Source: Azolla caroliniana | Taxonomy: Eukaryota > Plantae > Polypodiophyta | NCBI GenBank assembly: GCA_043228905.1 | Contig: JBHGNT010000013.1 | Span: 6,076,001 to 6,140,000, forward strand | DNA: 64,000 bases | Direction: 5' to 3' | Shown here: piece after piece, positions 26,701 to 39,500 of the stretch | How the letters are laid out: every line of letters starts with the position of its first letter | Numbering within the stretch: the first letter of the stretch is position 1 | The notes under the pieces: model-generated | What the model was told of the DNA's origin: nothing | Database searches by the model: none | The model's input: the letters and a program-made list of their open reading frames with translations, nothing else | Position numbers and translations under genes: made by a program

Positions 26701-29288
26701 AGTCTCCACTACTCGTCGTCTCATCATCCGACTGGTTGGACTGATCCAGTCTCTCATTCGGTCCGCTTAACCGGAATGATTCCGGACTCTCATCTTGAGT
26801 CCCGGCTTCATCTTTCTCTACCTGGGCCAGTTCAAGGTCACTAGCCCCATCCTTCGACATTGGGTCGGGATCGGAAGTCGGAGTTGGTAAGGAATACCAC
26901 GATGTTGATTCATCAAACTCGACATCTCGGCTGACTCGGACCTGCTTCATCCGGGGGTTATAACACTTATACCCCTTTTGCTCTTGAGCATAGCTGACTA
27001 GGATGCATTTTTCCGATTTTGCATCCAGCTTTCTCCGCTTCTCATCCGGCACATGTACATAGGCTATGCTGCCGAATATCCGGAGGTGTCTCAAATTCGG
27101 CTTGCGCCCGAAATACAGCTCGTGAGCTGACACCTTGTCCCCGATCCGGTTCTAGATGTAAACGGCCGTTTGAACCGCCTCCGCCCAGTAGAACTTGGGC
27201 ATGCTCTTTTCCTCCAGCATTGCCCTAGCCGCGTCAATCAGCGACCGATTCTTCCTTTCGGCCACACCGTTCTGTTGCGGTGTGTATCTGCAGCTGAATT
27301 CTCGCCGAATTCCTTTTTGTTGCAGATAGCTGTTGAATTGGCCGGAAAAGTAATCTTTTCCGCCATCCGACCGTAGGCATTTGATCTTCCTCTCCGATTC
27401 CCGTTCCACCATCTTCTGGAGGCTCCGGAAACACTTGAAGACTTCGCTCTTCCGCTCAATGAGGTAGATCCACGTATGCCGCGTGTAGTCGTCGATGAAG
27501 GAGACAAAATATCGACTCCCGCCAACGCTAACATTTTGTGCCGGTCCCCACACATCCGAATGGATAAGATCGAGCTTGTTACGGCTTCGATTTCTTTCGG
27601 TGGGGAATGGAAGCCGGTGTTGCTTCCCGAGTTGGTAGGCTGCACAAATTTGGGCTCTTCGGCCGCTAAACATCGGCAAACTGAAAAGGACTTGTTCCGT
27701 TTGCAAGTCTTGAAGCCTCCGGTAGTTGACGTGGCCGATCCGCTTGTGCCACAGGTCGATATCCGACTCGACCTTCTGTCCTTTGGCGAAAAGTGCGGTG
27801 CCGACATCATTGGTGTTGAGGATAAACATCCTCACATCTCTGCGCCCTTGCGCAATAACTTCGCTCTCATCCTTAATGAAGCACCCGAGGTGCGTAAACC
27901 GCACCTGCATCCCCTGGTCGACGATCTGTCCAACCGACACCAGGTTCTTCGTGATCGTCGGAACATGTAATACATTCATCAGCTTCCCCCTCTGTCCGAC
28001 GTGGCTCAAAGGGACTTCTCCGACGTGCACGATCGGGTGGGGAGTGTCGTCTCCGGTTTCGACAACTCCCGGTTGATCCGGCTTCTCCAAAAAGGAGAAC
28101 CACTCCTCGTGGATCGTCATGTGGTTCGATGCGTCGGAGTCAACGTACCACACTTCCTCCGATTTGGAAGTGGTCTTCTTCATTGAGTTTGCCTTCTGCT
28201 TCATCACCAAGGCTGGCCCCTTACCGCTCTTGGATCCTCCCGATCCGTTTGCGTAGTGCGAGCTTTGTCGGCCTTCCTTACCGGTCTTGCCGGATCCGGA
28301 TTTGTCCGAATCGGCACGCTTTCTCCAGCACTCACTTTCCCTGTGGCCCTTTTTGCCACAGTACCAGCATTCCGTAGCGGATTTGTCTTGTCAGCCTTCG
28401 GCACCACCTTGACTCCCTTTGCTTGTGGAAGTCCCGGAACTGCTATCGGCACGCTCACTGTGCCTTCGTTCCTGTTCTTGTCGGCCGCCTCCATTGCGTG
28501 CCGACCTGCCTCGTCCACCATGCTCGCGGAACCGATCCACTCCCATGTACAACATCCGGTTGTCTGGGGATGCACCGGTAGGTGCACCGGCGTGGTTCTC
28601 CTCTACAAGGAGCATCGACTGTAAGTCGAAAAATGAGGGTGTATTCTTCCTTGTACAAACCGCAGTCCGAAAAGCTCCGAACTTGGACGCCAGGCCTCCA
28701 AGACAGACTTGTACCATCTCGTCTTCCTCTGCGGTGACGTTAATAGAGGCAAGCGAGTCACAGATCCCTTTGATCCGGGTTGTGTAATCTGCCACTGACA
28801 TGTTCTTCTGTCGAACATTGCTCAACTCTTGTTTGAGTTGCAGCTTCCGGGCAGTGGTGTTTACGGCAAAAACCTTTTTCAAGTTTCCCCAAGCATCCTT
28901 CGGTGTCTTGGCGTCATGGATATGGCCGAGCAGCTAGTCACCGACACTGGACGCGAAGCAGTACATCACCCTGCTTGTCGCCTATTCCCACACTAGGAAG
29001 TCCTTGTGTGTCATCTCCGGTGTTGAGTCGTTCACTCCATCGACATAACTCCAGTAGCCATGCCCAAGCAGGTACCGGTGCATCTTGTATCACCAAGATG
29101 CGTAGTTGGTTCTGTCGAGCTTCTCCACCGGGAGCGACGTAGCCATACCTCTGTCCATTTCTCGTTTTGTGTCTGTTTTCCGATCTGTTAGGGTTTCCTT
29201 CACAAGCGTAGATGTCTGCAGTAGAGGTTCTCAACCCACGCGCTCTGATACCATGTGAAAGATTTCTTGCGGAAGCGTTAGAAAGAAC

Positions 29289-29326
<38 letters not shown>

Positions 29327-29685
29327 GAGGGAGAGACAGAGAGAGAGCAAAACACTCTATTTTTCAAAATTATATGAATACGTTGTGCTCTATATCTACA
29401 ACGCGCTCATCAACGCTATTTATGCAAGTCCACACGGGACTGTTAGAAGTACGGTGTACTTCAATGCTCACACGAGCATCTGACACTAACTACGAGACTA
29501 TAACCGTCTAGTAGTCTAACCTATACTAGGCTTCCGGTTATGGATTGGATCCGGCATACCGGCTCCCCAGCTCACCGGTCCTTACTGCTTACCGGCTCGG
29601 TTGCTCACCGGCATGCCGATTCATCTCGCTTACCGGCTCAGGCTTATTCAGCCGATCCGGCTCCGGTTGAGCTTGCCGCTCAACA
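23755..29685 (-). mobile_element. Structurally complete Ty1/copia element; LTRs 23755-24141 and 29254-29685
   Basis: Perfect 5-bp TSD GAGTG; LTRs TGTGAAAG...CTCAACA with few differences; PBS TGGTATCAGAGC (29242-29253); PPT GAGGGGGAG; gag-PR-INT-RT-RH order. Confidence 0.96.
24499..29160 (-). pseudogene. Copia gag-pol polyprotein with several premature stops and frameshifts
   Basis: ORFs 28391..28882 (gag), 27152..28210 (PR, GAG-pre-INT, INT), 26504..27133, 26023..26403, 25777..26016 (LYVDD), 25213..25776, 24499..25104 (RNase H, ADIFTK). Confidence 0.9.
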
Positions 29686-29762
29686 GAGTGGAAAGGGAAA
29701 CTGGCCGGAAGCTGAATGCGGTTCGAGCAGACAATGGAGGAGAATACCGGGGGAGGAGTACT

Positions 29763-29957
29763 GCCGGTCGAACGGAATCCGGCTCGAATTCACCGTGCCG
29801 AAGACACCGGAGCTCAATGGATTGGCCAAAAGGATGAACCGAACCGTAATGGAGAGAGTGCCGGTCGAACGGGATCCAGCTCGAATTCACCTTGCTGAAG
29901 ACACTGGAGCTCAACAGATTGGCCAAAAGGATGAACTGAACCGTAATGGAGAGAGTC
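29763..29957 (+). repeat. Tandem duplication, 2 x ~97 bp, inside the host copia integrase
   Basis: GCCGGTCGAACGG...GTAATGGAGAGAGT repeated back to back. Confidence 0.9.
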
Positions 29958-30039
29958 TGTATTATGTTGGCACATGCCAAGTTACCCAAGACGTTTTGGG
30001 CTGAGGTGTTGATGACAGCGACGTACGTGATAAACAAAT

Positions 30040-30616
30040 TGTTGGGAAACAAGTCCCTTCGTATGGGAAGAGAAGAACCAAGTTGGTGAGTAGCTCGGGC
30101 GAGGCCAAAACTGAAATCGAGGACACAAAGGTAATTTTGCCAAGGCCGAGATCGAAATTGAGAACCGAAATCGATTCGGAAGAATATAATTGTAAATAGT
30201 CTAAAATGCCCCTTTTGAGCCATACTTGTAAATAACCTGAAAGTTGTTTTGGTATTAAAAAAACTAGGGCAAACTTTATAGAAGTGTGTGTTGATCATTA
30301 GTTGTCATAGAGTTAGTGGAGGTACTTACCTTTGTAACCATGAGAGGAAGAGTGAGCGTGTGAGAGTGCAACTTTGTAGACGTTTGTTAGACGAAGGAGA
30401 ACTCGAGGTCCTTGCCTCCGAGTTCCTCATTGTACTTCTTCCCTACCATAATGATCTGTTTGGAGTTTGTGGACTCCATGTGGTTTTCCTAGTTCAGGTT
30501 TCCACGTTAAACATCTAGTGTGTCTCTGTACTTGTTTTCTGACTGTGTATTAGCTCTCTTGTTTTCTAGACCCAAATATGAACGTGTAACCAATTGTGGC
30601 TGGTCAATTCCTAACG
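30040..30616 (+). mobile_element. Solo LTR (copia-type) inserted in the host copia integrase
   Basis: TGTTGGG...CCTAACG; TSD CAAAT/CATAT; host frame YVINK|SPSTPLDG rejoins across it. Confidence 0.85.
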
Positions 30617-32580
30617 CATATCACCCTCAACACCCTTGGACGGGGACACACCCCAGAGAGTATGAACCGGTAAAGACAAGTCTTACCGACATTTGAAGTT
30701 ATTCGGTTGTCTCAATTGTGTGCATGTTGCAAAGGACAAGAGAGTCCCAACCATGCATATTCCTCATGGTCGACAAGATGATGATGAGTTCGGCTACCGA
30801 GTGTGGGACTTGGTCGACAAGAAGGTCTTTCGAAGTCGAGACATATTCTTCATGGAAGACAAGACAATTGTCCACTGGGAGTCAGAGAAGAAGATAGTGG
30901 ACTACGGGTCGACCGACAGAGATCAGTCAGAAGATACAAGGACTCATCCGGTTGGAAGCCGGATGACACTCGAAGAACCGGCCGGATTCGGACAAGAAAC
31001 CGAACTGATCGCAGAAGAATTCGACACTTGAACTTGACAAGACCCTGAATCGGATTCGGATGAAGAATAGACGAAGGAACCGGTTGTCGAAAACCAAGGA
31101 CAGAGATATCCTATCAGAGAAAGAAAGGGCACCCGGAGATTTCTAGATACAGAGCATGTGTTGTTGACCGACAAGGGGGAGCGAGAAAGCTTCAAGGAAG
31201 CGAAGAAAGACACCCACAGCCAGAAGTGGTTAAGTGCCATGCAGGACGAGATGGATTCCCTCCATGAGAACCACACATATGAATTGATAGAGTTACCGAA
31301 AGGAAAGATAGCACTCTGGAACAAGTAGGTGTACAAGTTGAAACTGGGAGATGTCGGAAATCCACGGAGATACAAAGCTCGAATCATGGTGAAGGGCTTC
31401 CAGTAGAAAAAGGGAGTGGATTTCAACGAGATCTTTGCCTCGGTGGTCAAGATGACATCCATCCGGATTGTGTTGAGCATTTGCGGCAATTATGGATCTC
31501 GAGGTAGAGCAACTAGTCACAAGACAGCATTCCTGCAGGATGACCTAGAGGAGGAGATCTACATGTAGGTATCAGAAGGATTCGTCAAGAAAGGGAAGGA
31601 GCACCTGGTATGCCGGTTGAAGAAGAGCTTATACGGACTGAAGCAAGCTCCCCGGCAATGGTACCCGAGGTTTGACTCTTTCATGACCGACCAAGGATAT
31701 CACAAGACGTAGGTCGACCACTGCGTATTCGTGAAGAAGTTCGATGAAGGAGACTTCATGATACTCTTGTTGTATGTGGATGACATGTTGATCTGATCGC
31801 CAGACCGGACCAGATCAAAATCGGAAATCTGAAGAAGGCCTTGAACCGGACCTTCTCAATGAAAGATATGGGTCCGACGAGATAGATATTGGGCATGCAC
31901 ATATTCCCAGACCGGACATAGTTGTTGTGGTTGTCATAGGAGAAGTATGTGACAAAGATGCATCAAAGGTTCAACATGTTGGATGCGAAGTCGGTCGGAT
32001 CGACACTTCCAGCAAATTGCAAATTGTTTGGGAAGCAGAGCCCGAAGATAAAGGTAGAGAAGTCAGAGATGATGAAGATACCATACGCCTCTGCCGTCAA
32101 AAGCTTGATGTACGCAATGGTGTGTATTTAGCCGAATATCGGATATGCTATTGGAGCGGTTAGCCGGTTCATGAGCAATCCGGGAAGAGAACACTAGACC
32201 GTGGTCAAGTGGATACTCTAGTACTTGAAAGATACCTCGACTATGTGCGTCCGATTCAGCTCCGATAAACCCCTATTGGAAGGCATAATTGATTCAGACA
32301 TGTCAGTTGATGCAACTACCAACCGGTCTACGTCTGTATATGTATGACATATGCAGGGGGAGCCATATCGTGGCAGTCGAGGCTGCAGAAGGCCGTTGCA
32401 CTATCGACAACGGAAGCGGAGTACATGGCACCCGTAGAAGCCGGTAAAGAGGTAACCTAGATGAAGGACTTCATCGTAGAGCTAGGGGTCCGACAGGAGG
32501 AATTCTGGCTCTATTGCAACAATCAAAGTGTCATCCACCTTGCGAAGAACACGACCTACCACTCTCGGACCAAGCACATC

Positions 32581-32796
32581 GTATCGAGTTCCTGTATAAA
32601 ACACAACTTTATACAGGAACTTGATACGGCGTATCGAGTTCCTATTTAAAACACAAACTTTTAACAGGAACTCGATACGGCGTATCAAGTTCCTGTATAA
32701 AACCTAAACTTCAAAGAGAAACTCGATACGCCGTATCGAGTTCCTGTATAAAGTTTGTATTTTATACAGGAACTCAATACGACGTATCAAGTTCTT
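32581..32796. repeat. Array of alternating inverted repeats (about 4.5 hairpin units of ~50 bp)
   Basis: GTATCGAGTTCCTGTATAAA - short loop - TTTATACAGGAACTCGATAC - G(G/C/A)C, repeated. Confidence 0.92.
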
Positions 32797-33013
32797 GAGT
32801 GCTAAAACATATTTACAAAAATGTCCACAATGTCAGAGGCTTACCTGGAGTCCTGGCGCCTAATTTTCTTTGAAGACATGGTTGATCTTGTCGAAGTTTC
32901 AGCGGAGATCACGCTTTCGTGCTTCGTGCTCTGTGTGCTTTGTTTGCTATGTTTGCTATGTTTGCTCTATGTGCTCTTGTGCTTTGTGTGATTGAAATAT
33001 GACGGGGTCTTCC

Positions 33014-33022
33014 TATTTATAG
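33014..33022 (-). promoter_or_regulatory. TATA box of a divergent transcript
   Basis: CTATAAATA on the minus strand, ~135 nt upstream of ATG 32879 and the AG|GTAAG donor at 32844. Confidence 0.5.
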
Positions 33023-33703
33023 GGATTGACTACAGTGGTTAAAGTAACCACAGTCACCTTAACTAGGGTTGGCAAGCTTGAGGTTAGTTAGTTAGTAACC
33101 ACAGTCACTTTAACCAGAGTTACTTATGATTGCATCAATGATTACAAAGTCAAACTAACATATTGATGATTATTTTATAGTCAAAATAACATACAATGAC
33201 TTTGAAGTTTAGGAAGGAAACAATGATAGAGGTTCATGAATGAACCAATGATTGATTACTCAAAGCAACATTTTTATGACTCTTAATTGCTTTGTATTAA
33301 AGATGTGGGCATGAATGAACCAATGATTGAAAAGTCTTATATTTAAACAATAGGGCATGAATGAACCAATGACTGAGAAGTTCTATATTAAATATGGGTG
33401 CCATTAATTAACCAATGATTTTAACTTTAATCTAACATATATATGGCTTGGTAATGATTGTAATTATATTTTACTTGATTTAACTTTATACATACTAGTT
33501 TAAGTAATTATTAATATGTTTAATACAATTATTATATTAAAAATAATATCTTTATGTATTGTATTAATATAATATTAAATAATATAAACATTATATTGAG
33601 GGAGCTTCTGTTTAGAGAGGAGTTTATGTTTAGAGAGGAGCTTATCAGTTTTTTATGTTAGCCTAAGCACATAACTTAAAGAGATCTGTGTGGACCTTAA
33701 GCC

Positions 33704-36414
33704 ATGAGTGAAGATTCACCGTTCTCGATTGAAGAATATTGTCTATCGACAGACTCACCATATTCTATCGAAGAGTATTGTCTGAGCTCATCTTCACCTA
33801 CAACGAATGTGAATAATGACGCATGTGAAGAGTTCTCTATTGAAGAATACGATATTAATAAAGATACGGAGAATGAAGGTAGTGCCAATGAAACATCGAA
33901 TATCATGGGCGATGGTCACAACAAAGAATTGGATAATAACAATGTTACACCAACTTCTATGCAGGAAGAGAAATCCGGAAGCCCTATGCATATTAGCAGA
34001 ATCCCACGAATAATTCATCTAGCTAGATTTAACTTGGTGACATCAAATAAACAGATTGGATTTGATGTCAAAAAAATATGTTGTGCCCGTGGTTGTATGT
34101 CTATGATTGGAAAATCAAAGTTGCGAGAATTAAGGCGATACTATTTTTCGATGACTGGTGATGAGCAAGACACTTACCTCGGGTCACATATGCAACTAGT
34201 GTCTAACAAATGTACGGGGATCAAAGTATCATTTGACTATTATATCTTCCATGCACAACAGATATGTAGAGTTGCATTTAAAATTGCGTTATGTGTTAGT
34301 AACATGCGGCTACATAGAGTACAACAACGTCTACTTAGCGGGGATCAGATGCTCAATTGTAAAGAGGTTCCAAGTATGAAAGGTGCAATTGGAAGACATG
34401 CTATTGGTTGGATGAAAAATTACTTTCAGTTAAATTGTGAAGTAATGCCCACTACAAGTAGGATGCACCTCTTTGATAATTACACATGTCAAGAAGTTTA
34501 TGATGTCTATCGATCTGATATGGTGGGGTCACGTAATAAGTCTGTCACATATAGCCAATTCACAAGATTATGGAGAGCTTGGTTTTCAAATGTTATCATT
34601 CCACGTAAAGTACGCATGGGGTATTGCTCCATTTTTGCAAATCTTAAAAGTTTGGCTAAAGGTAAAAAGACATCAATGGAAAAGGATATGAGTAAGAAGT
34701 TACTACAAGAGCATCGTGAGGCACAATCGTTAGAACGAAAGAAGGCGATGCATCATAGAGAGAAGTGTTTGAAGAGGCCCGAACAATACATGTGCTTAAT
34801 GATAGATGGCATGGACCAGAAGAAGACGTGCTTGTTGCATATGCGAAGGCTCCCCAAAGACGTCAATGATGAGTGCCTTGTTCAAATGCACTTGGTGAGA
34901 TGCTTGGCTTATAATAGGTCAGTTGGACTTCACTTCTTCATTACATACCCCAATGTTCACAATGACCCTAACGTAACAATTACAGTGATTCACCGAGTTT
35001 TGATGTCTTGGGGCCAATCTTTCCCCCCTGTTCTATACATTCAATTGGACAATACTGCTAGAGAGAACAAAAATTCAACTGTGTTTGGCTATCTAAGTAT
35101 GTTGGTCAACCAAGGATTGTTTAGAAAAGTGAAAGTCAATTTTCTTTTGGTTGGCCACACACATGATCATATAGATAAGATGTTTAGCACATTCTCCAGA
35201 CAGTTGTCTCGGCATGATGCTTTCAGATTACCTAAACTATTTGATGTCATTTGTGATGCATATACACCACGCCCAAAAGTGTTACACTTGAAGGAGGTAT
35301 ATGACTTTAAGAGATATATATCAGATGGGGGTGTTGGGAATGTTAAAGTGCTTGCCCAGTTAAACAATATAAGCTTCAATCACATTTTTATGATAAAGAA
35401 AAATGAAATAAGTGGTTCTACGCTTTTGTATGCTAAACAATATTCATCTTCTACAACATGGGAACTTGAAGGTGGTTGTGAGCTATTACTTTGTATGCTG
35501 AGTACAATTGTCCATGGAGCTAAGCATTTATGCCAATTGAGAAGAAAGGACAGTTGCATAGTGACTTGGTATCGGAACAAAAACGGTTATGCCTCCAAGC
35601 CTTAGAAGAAAAAAGAAAGGATATTGAGGCCGCCAAGAAATATGCTGCACAACAAGACACGTCATGGTGGGATGTATTTTATAGTGATCAGAAAGGAATT
35701 ATAGACAATTGTGTATTTGGTGATAATTGGAATTTGGAAACGCCATTCACATGGTCGCTGCAACATGATGGTGTAAATAAAACTCCGGAGCAACCAACAA
35801 ATGCGATTAATGACAGTTTGGTCCATCCACAACAAAGAGACATTTATGTGGGACCAAGGATGACCAAAGCAGCCGAAGCTAGATGGCAAGGCAATTTGCA
35901 AGAGCTCATGGCGGGGATGTTGATTGCAACGCCGGCTAATGAGAACTAAGATGGCCACCAATTTTGGGTTGGTAAAATTCTAGAAGTGCTAATGCATGAA
36001 ATAGAAAACACGATCAAGTCTATAAACGTTCATTGGTACAACACTAGAAGTGCAAATGCTTTTACAGGTAAGTATACATTGGAGATAATTGAATGCCCAA
36101 CAAGAAGGGGAGGTAGGAAGAGGAAGCGAAACATTCGTAACAACTCGACCCTTGATATCTCTAATGTGGATATCATCGTGTACGACTTCATGCTTACAAA
36201 AGCCAGACGATTAAGGAAGTCAACAATAGATATAATAAAAGAAAAATTACCAGGTCTACAAGGTGGCTCGAGTCAAAGGCAAACGAAATCTGCTACATAT
36301 AGTCTAGAGTCAAACCATTTGGTTTATGACGAAGATAATGCACTGATTGGTACATTCGAGGATGATGAGGAGGAATCGTCATTGTATATTAGTTATAGTA
36401 GTGATTCTCCGTAA
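33704..36414 (+). mobile_element. Sola1-like (DUF7869-type) DDD transposase gene; 633-aa ORF, then one frameshift (~35525) and one stop (35947)
   Basis: Motifs MIDGMDQ, LYIQLDNTARENKN, FLLVGHTHDHID; Cys/His-rich N-terminus (CCARGC, ICRVAF); termini and TSD not found. Confidence 0.75.
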
Positions 36415-36599
36415 AGGAGTGATCATGAATGTATTTTTGGCTATTAAGTGTAACTACATTCCGCTTATAACAAATCGAGTAATATAAAAGCATGTGTTTT
36501 GAATTCTTATGATTTCTAAAAAATCGTTTCTTATAATATAACATTGGTTGTAAAGTTCATGATATAAATTGAGAATGTAACTTTTTGAAATTCCTCTTT

Positions 36600-39500
36600 T
36601 TTTATTTACTTCTAAATCAAGAAAATAGTAGATTTTTAACCTTTTTCATAGTATATTTGAACATGTATGATACTGGTATCAATGTGTTTTGTAAAATCAT
36701 TGAAAAAGCCCTAAAATCAACCAAAATTTTCCTTATCCTTCCATTTATGCGTGATCCTTCCACTTGTGAACATGAACGTGTTCTTAATCTATTAATCCAT
36801 TAACCTCCGTAAGCTAAAACTTTTTTAATCCCAATCTTAGGATAGATTGTAATTTTTCTTTTCCTTTGGTAATGAAATTTGTCAAACTTTCTGATTTCCG
36901 TTAATTCTTAAAAGTTTAAACTCACGAATCTGATATCCTCTGGTCGAAGGCCCCGGGGTCTTGCCTCAAGTTCACGTATCCTTGTCATATTTTCGCCACA
37001 TCTTTTGTGAACCCGACGTGAAACGAGGCGGTAAGAGGATATCAAGTGCGAGGAATTGACGAATTGACCATGCTGAAGCCTTTCGTCAACTCAAGGAGAG
37101 GAATTGACGAAAGGCATGGTGTCCATTGTGGAATACATGCTGAAGATGAGGGATCGTGAGGCTTTAATCGACGAAGCTATTGATCGAACGGTAGAGATAG
37201 CTGGACGGTTTGGTGGCAAGAACATCATGAATTTCCTTGCTACCTATCAGAACGAGATGCAGCAGAGGAATGTCAACAATCTCAAACAAATTTCTAGCTT
37301 TAAACTTGTGGTGGAACTAGGGATCCGTGAACGCATCATGGAGATCCAAAATGAGCACACAACTTGGGCGGAGTTCGAAAACGCGCTTCTTGCTTAATAC
37401 ATGCTTGAAGATGCGTCAAGGATGACTCGATATTCACTAATGATTTGGATCGAGAAGAAAGGTAAGAATTTGTGTGCGTCGGGAGTATATGCGGAATTCG
37501 ACCAAAAGTACAACCAACTTCTGAGTGCTGATCAACGAGTTCTCGATGGAGATAAAGTCTTGTTGTTCGTGAAGGCGGTGGATATGAAAGACCGACGAGA
37601 ATTGGGCAGCCTTTTGGAGGATGAAACGCAACCAAATGGCTTGGTAGCGGACTGGGCGGCGGTGGAGAAGCCTTGTAGCCATCTTGATAAGTGTCGACAA
37701 TGGTTGGAGGAGACTAACGTGGAGAATCCACAATCGTGGAGGAAGGTGCCTACAATGATCGAGCCTAGCAAGCCGATCAACAATTTCGACAAGAAAGTGA
37801 TGGAGGAATTTATAATTGAAGAGCTCTCCAAGAAGTTTGAAACGGTATTGCTAGTCAACTTAGGTCGACGCGGGCCCAAAGTAAAAGAAGTGTTTAGATG
37901 TGTGTGGTGTGACACCATCGAGCACTCACGAAGGGAATGTGCTGACTTGCAAGATGTGATTCGCAAGAATGTCGTCTATTTGGACGACAACATGATCCAC
38001 TCGAGCGAGACCCGGAAGCCACTACGAGTGAACTTCGGAAGAGGCGGGCTGAAAAAGATTGTCAAAGAGGAAGATGCAAGGCATGTGGAAGCTATGCACT
38101 ATGCAGAATCGGCCGGGATACGAGTTGGAAGAGAGAATCTTAAAATGATCAAGCCAGGAGCTGGGTTTTGGCCAACGGTCTTCGAGTGCGAGAAAAAAGG
38201 CAAAATCAATTTGGAGGATCTTAATCTGGCTGATCGGAATGTGCAACGAGTTACCGGATGGTCGGATCCAATCAACAATAACACAAGCTTTGTAGAGGTT
38301 GTGTGTGACAACTATGAAGCTCTTGTCAAAGAGAAGAGGCAAAGAACTAGTGAGAAGATGGCACATCAAAGCTTCCCAATATGAGGAATAACAGGGAAAG
38401 AAGGGCAAGCCCAACCTATGCCACGAAAAGAGATTGGAGAAACAAGCATGAAGCCCGGTGGATCGAGCCAACCTGCTCGTATGGAAGTCGAAGGTCCTTG
38501 AGGAGAAGGTTTTAGACAGTCATGTCGACCTTACTTTGAGAGAACAGCTTGGGATTGCAAAGAAGGAGTTCCATGATACTATTGTGGACCTGATTAAGTG
38601 AAAGCGGCAACAATTGGATGAAGATGAGCTGAAAACAAGTGCCATAACCATGGCAAGATTGGAATAGGAGGAAGAAGAAGAAGTCATGGCGAACATCCAT
38701 TACTCTCGGCCTCATTGGGCAAGAGCAACGACAGAGACGCCGGTGAAGATCGGGGAGAAAAAAGAGACCGTGGTAGCCTTGATTGACCATGGCTCAGAGA
38801 TCAACCTCATGTCGACCGAGTTCTACAAAAAAGGAAGATGGCCGATTAACACAAACCACGGTTGGATGATTCGAGCGGCAATGAAGGCCACAAAGGACTT
38901 GTACGGAGCTTGCCCCAATGTTAAAGTCACGATTGGGGATGTGGAGATTGATCAGCACTCCTTCGTGCAAGACTCGGCTTCGCATCCTATCATCCTAGGA
39001 CAACCGTATATCACATCGTCCCGGATGGAAACCAAGGTGTTTGATAATGGAGCAGCCTTCATGCGAGTCAAGAGCCTTGACAGTCAAAGATTTGTGCAAT
39101 TCCTGACGGTGCGAGCTAACCACGAAAGGAATTGAGATAGCCTTGGAGGCGAATCCTTAGATTTTTAAAGCGAACTATTGAAGCATGAGGCACAAATAGT
39201 CCGAGCAATCATAAGTCCCCACAAGGAAGCAGAGAGCGTTGTCGTAGTGTAGGTTGCACACTATGTGGACTTCTTTCTCCTAGTCCAAGACCTCTGTGGT
39301 TCCCACCCGACTCACGCAACGATCCGGAGCCGAAAGGCACGACAGCGTGGATTGCAAGGAGAAGCAACATGCGTCACACCTAGCAGCGCATGTAAACTAA
39401 CACTACCCAACAAGAAGGACAAGCATCGGATACAAGACTTTGAGAAGGTGTTGAAAGAAGAAAGCATAATCGAAGAAGAAGAATTCGTGTCTCATATTCT

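Larger units (their letters stand above)
23054..32580 (+). mobile_element. Degenerate Ty1/copia pol (Tork/Tnt1-like), interrupted by a full copia element and a solo LTR; own LTRs lost
   Basis: GIGDV..LLKDVRHVP, LWHKRLCH; integrase FHVRV|ERETGRKL..VRADNGGEY rejoined across the insertion; RT (KSLYGLKQAP, LLYVDD); RNase H ending at YHSRTKHI. Confidence 0.88.

Noticed and set aside
32581-32796. CRISPR-like array
   Set aside because: Repeats alternate in orientation, have no unique 25-40 nt spacers, no cas genes nearby, and the context is eukaryotic
39155-39170. Programmed -1 frameshift at GATTTTTAA after the protease
   Set aside because: The downstream ORF 39265..39684 is in the same frame as the protease, so the TAA is more simply a nonsense mutation
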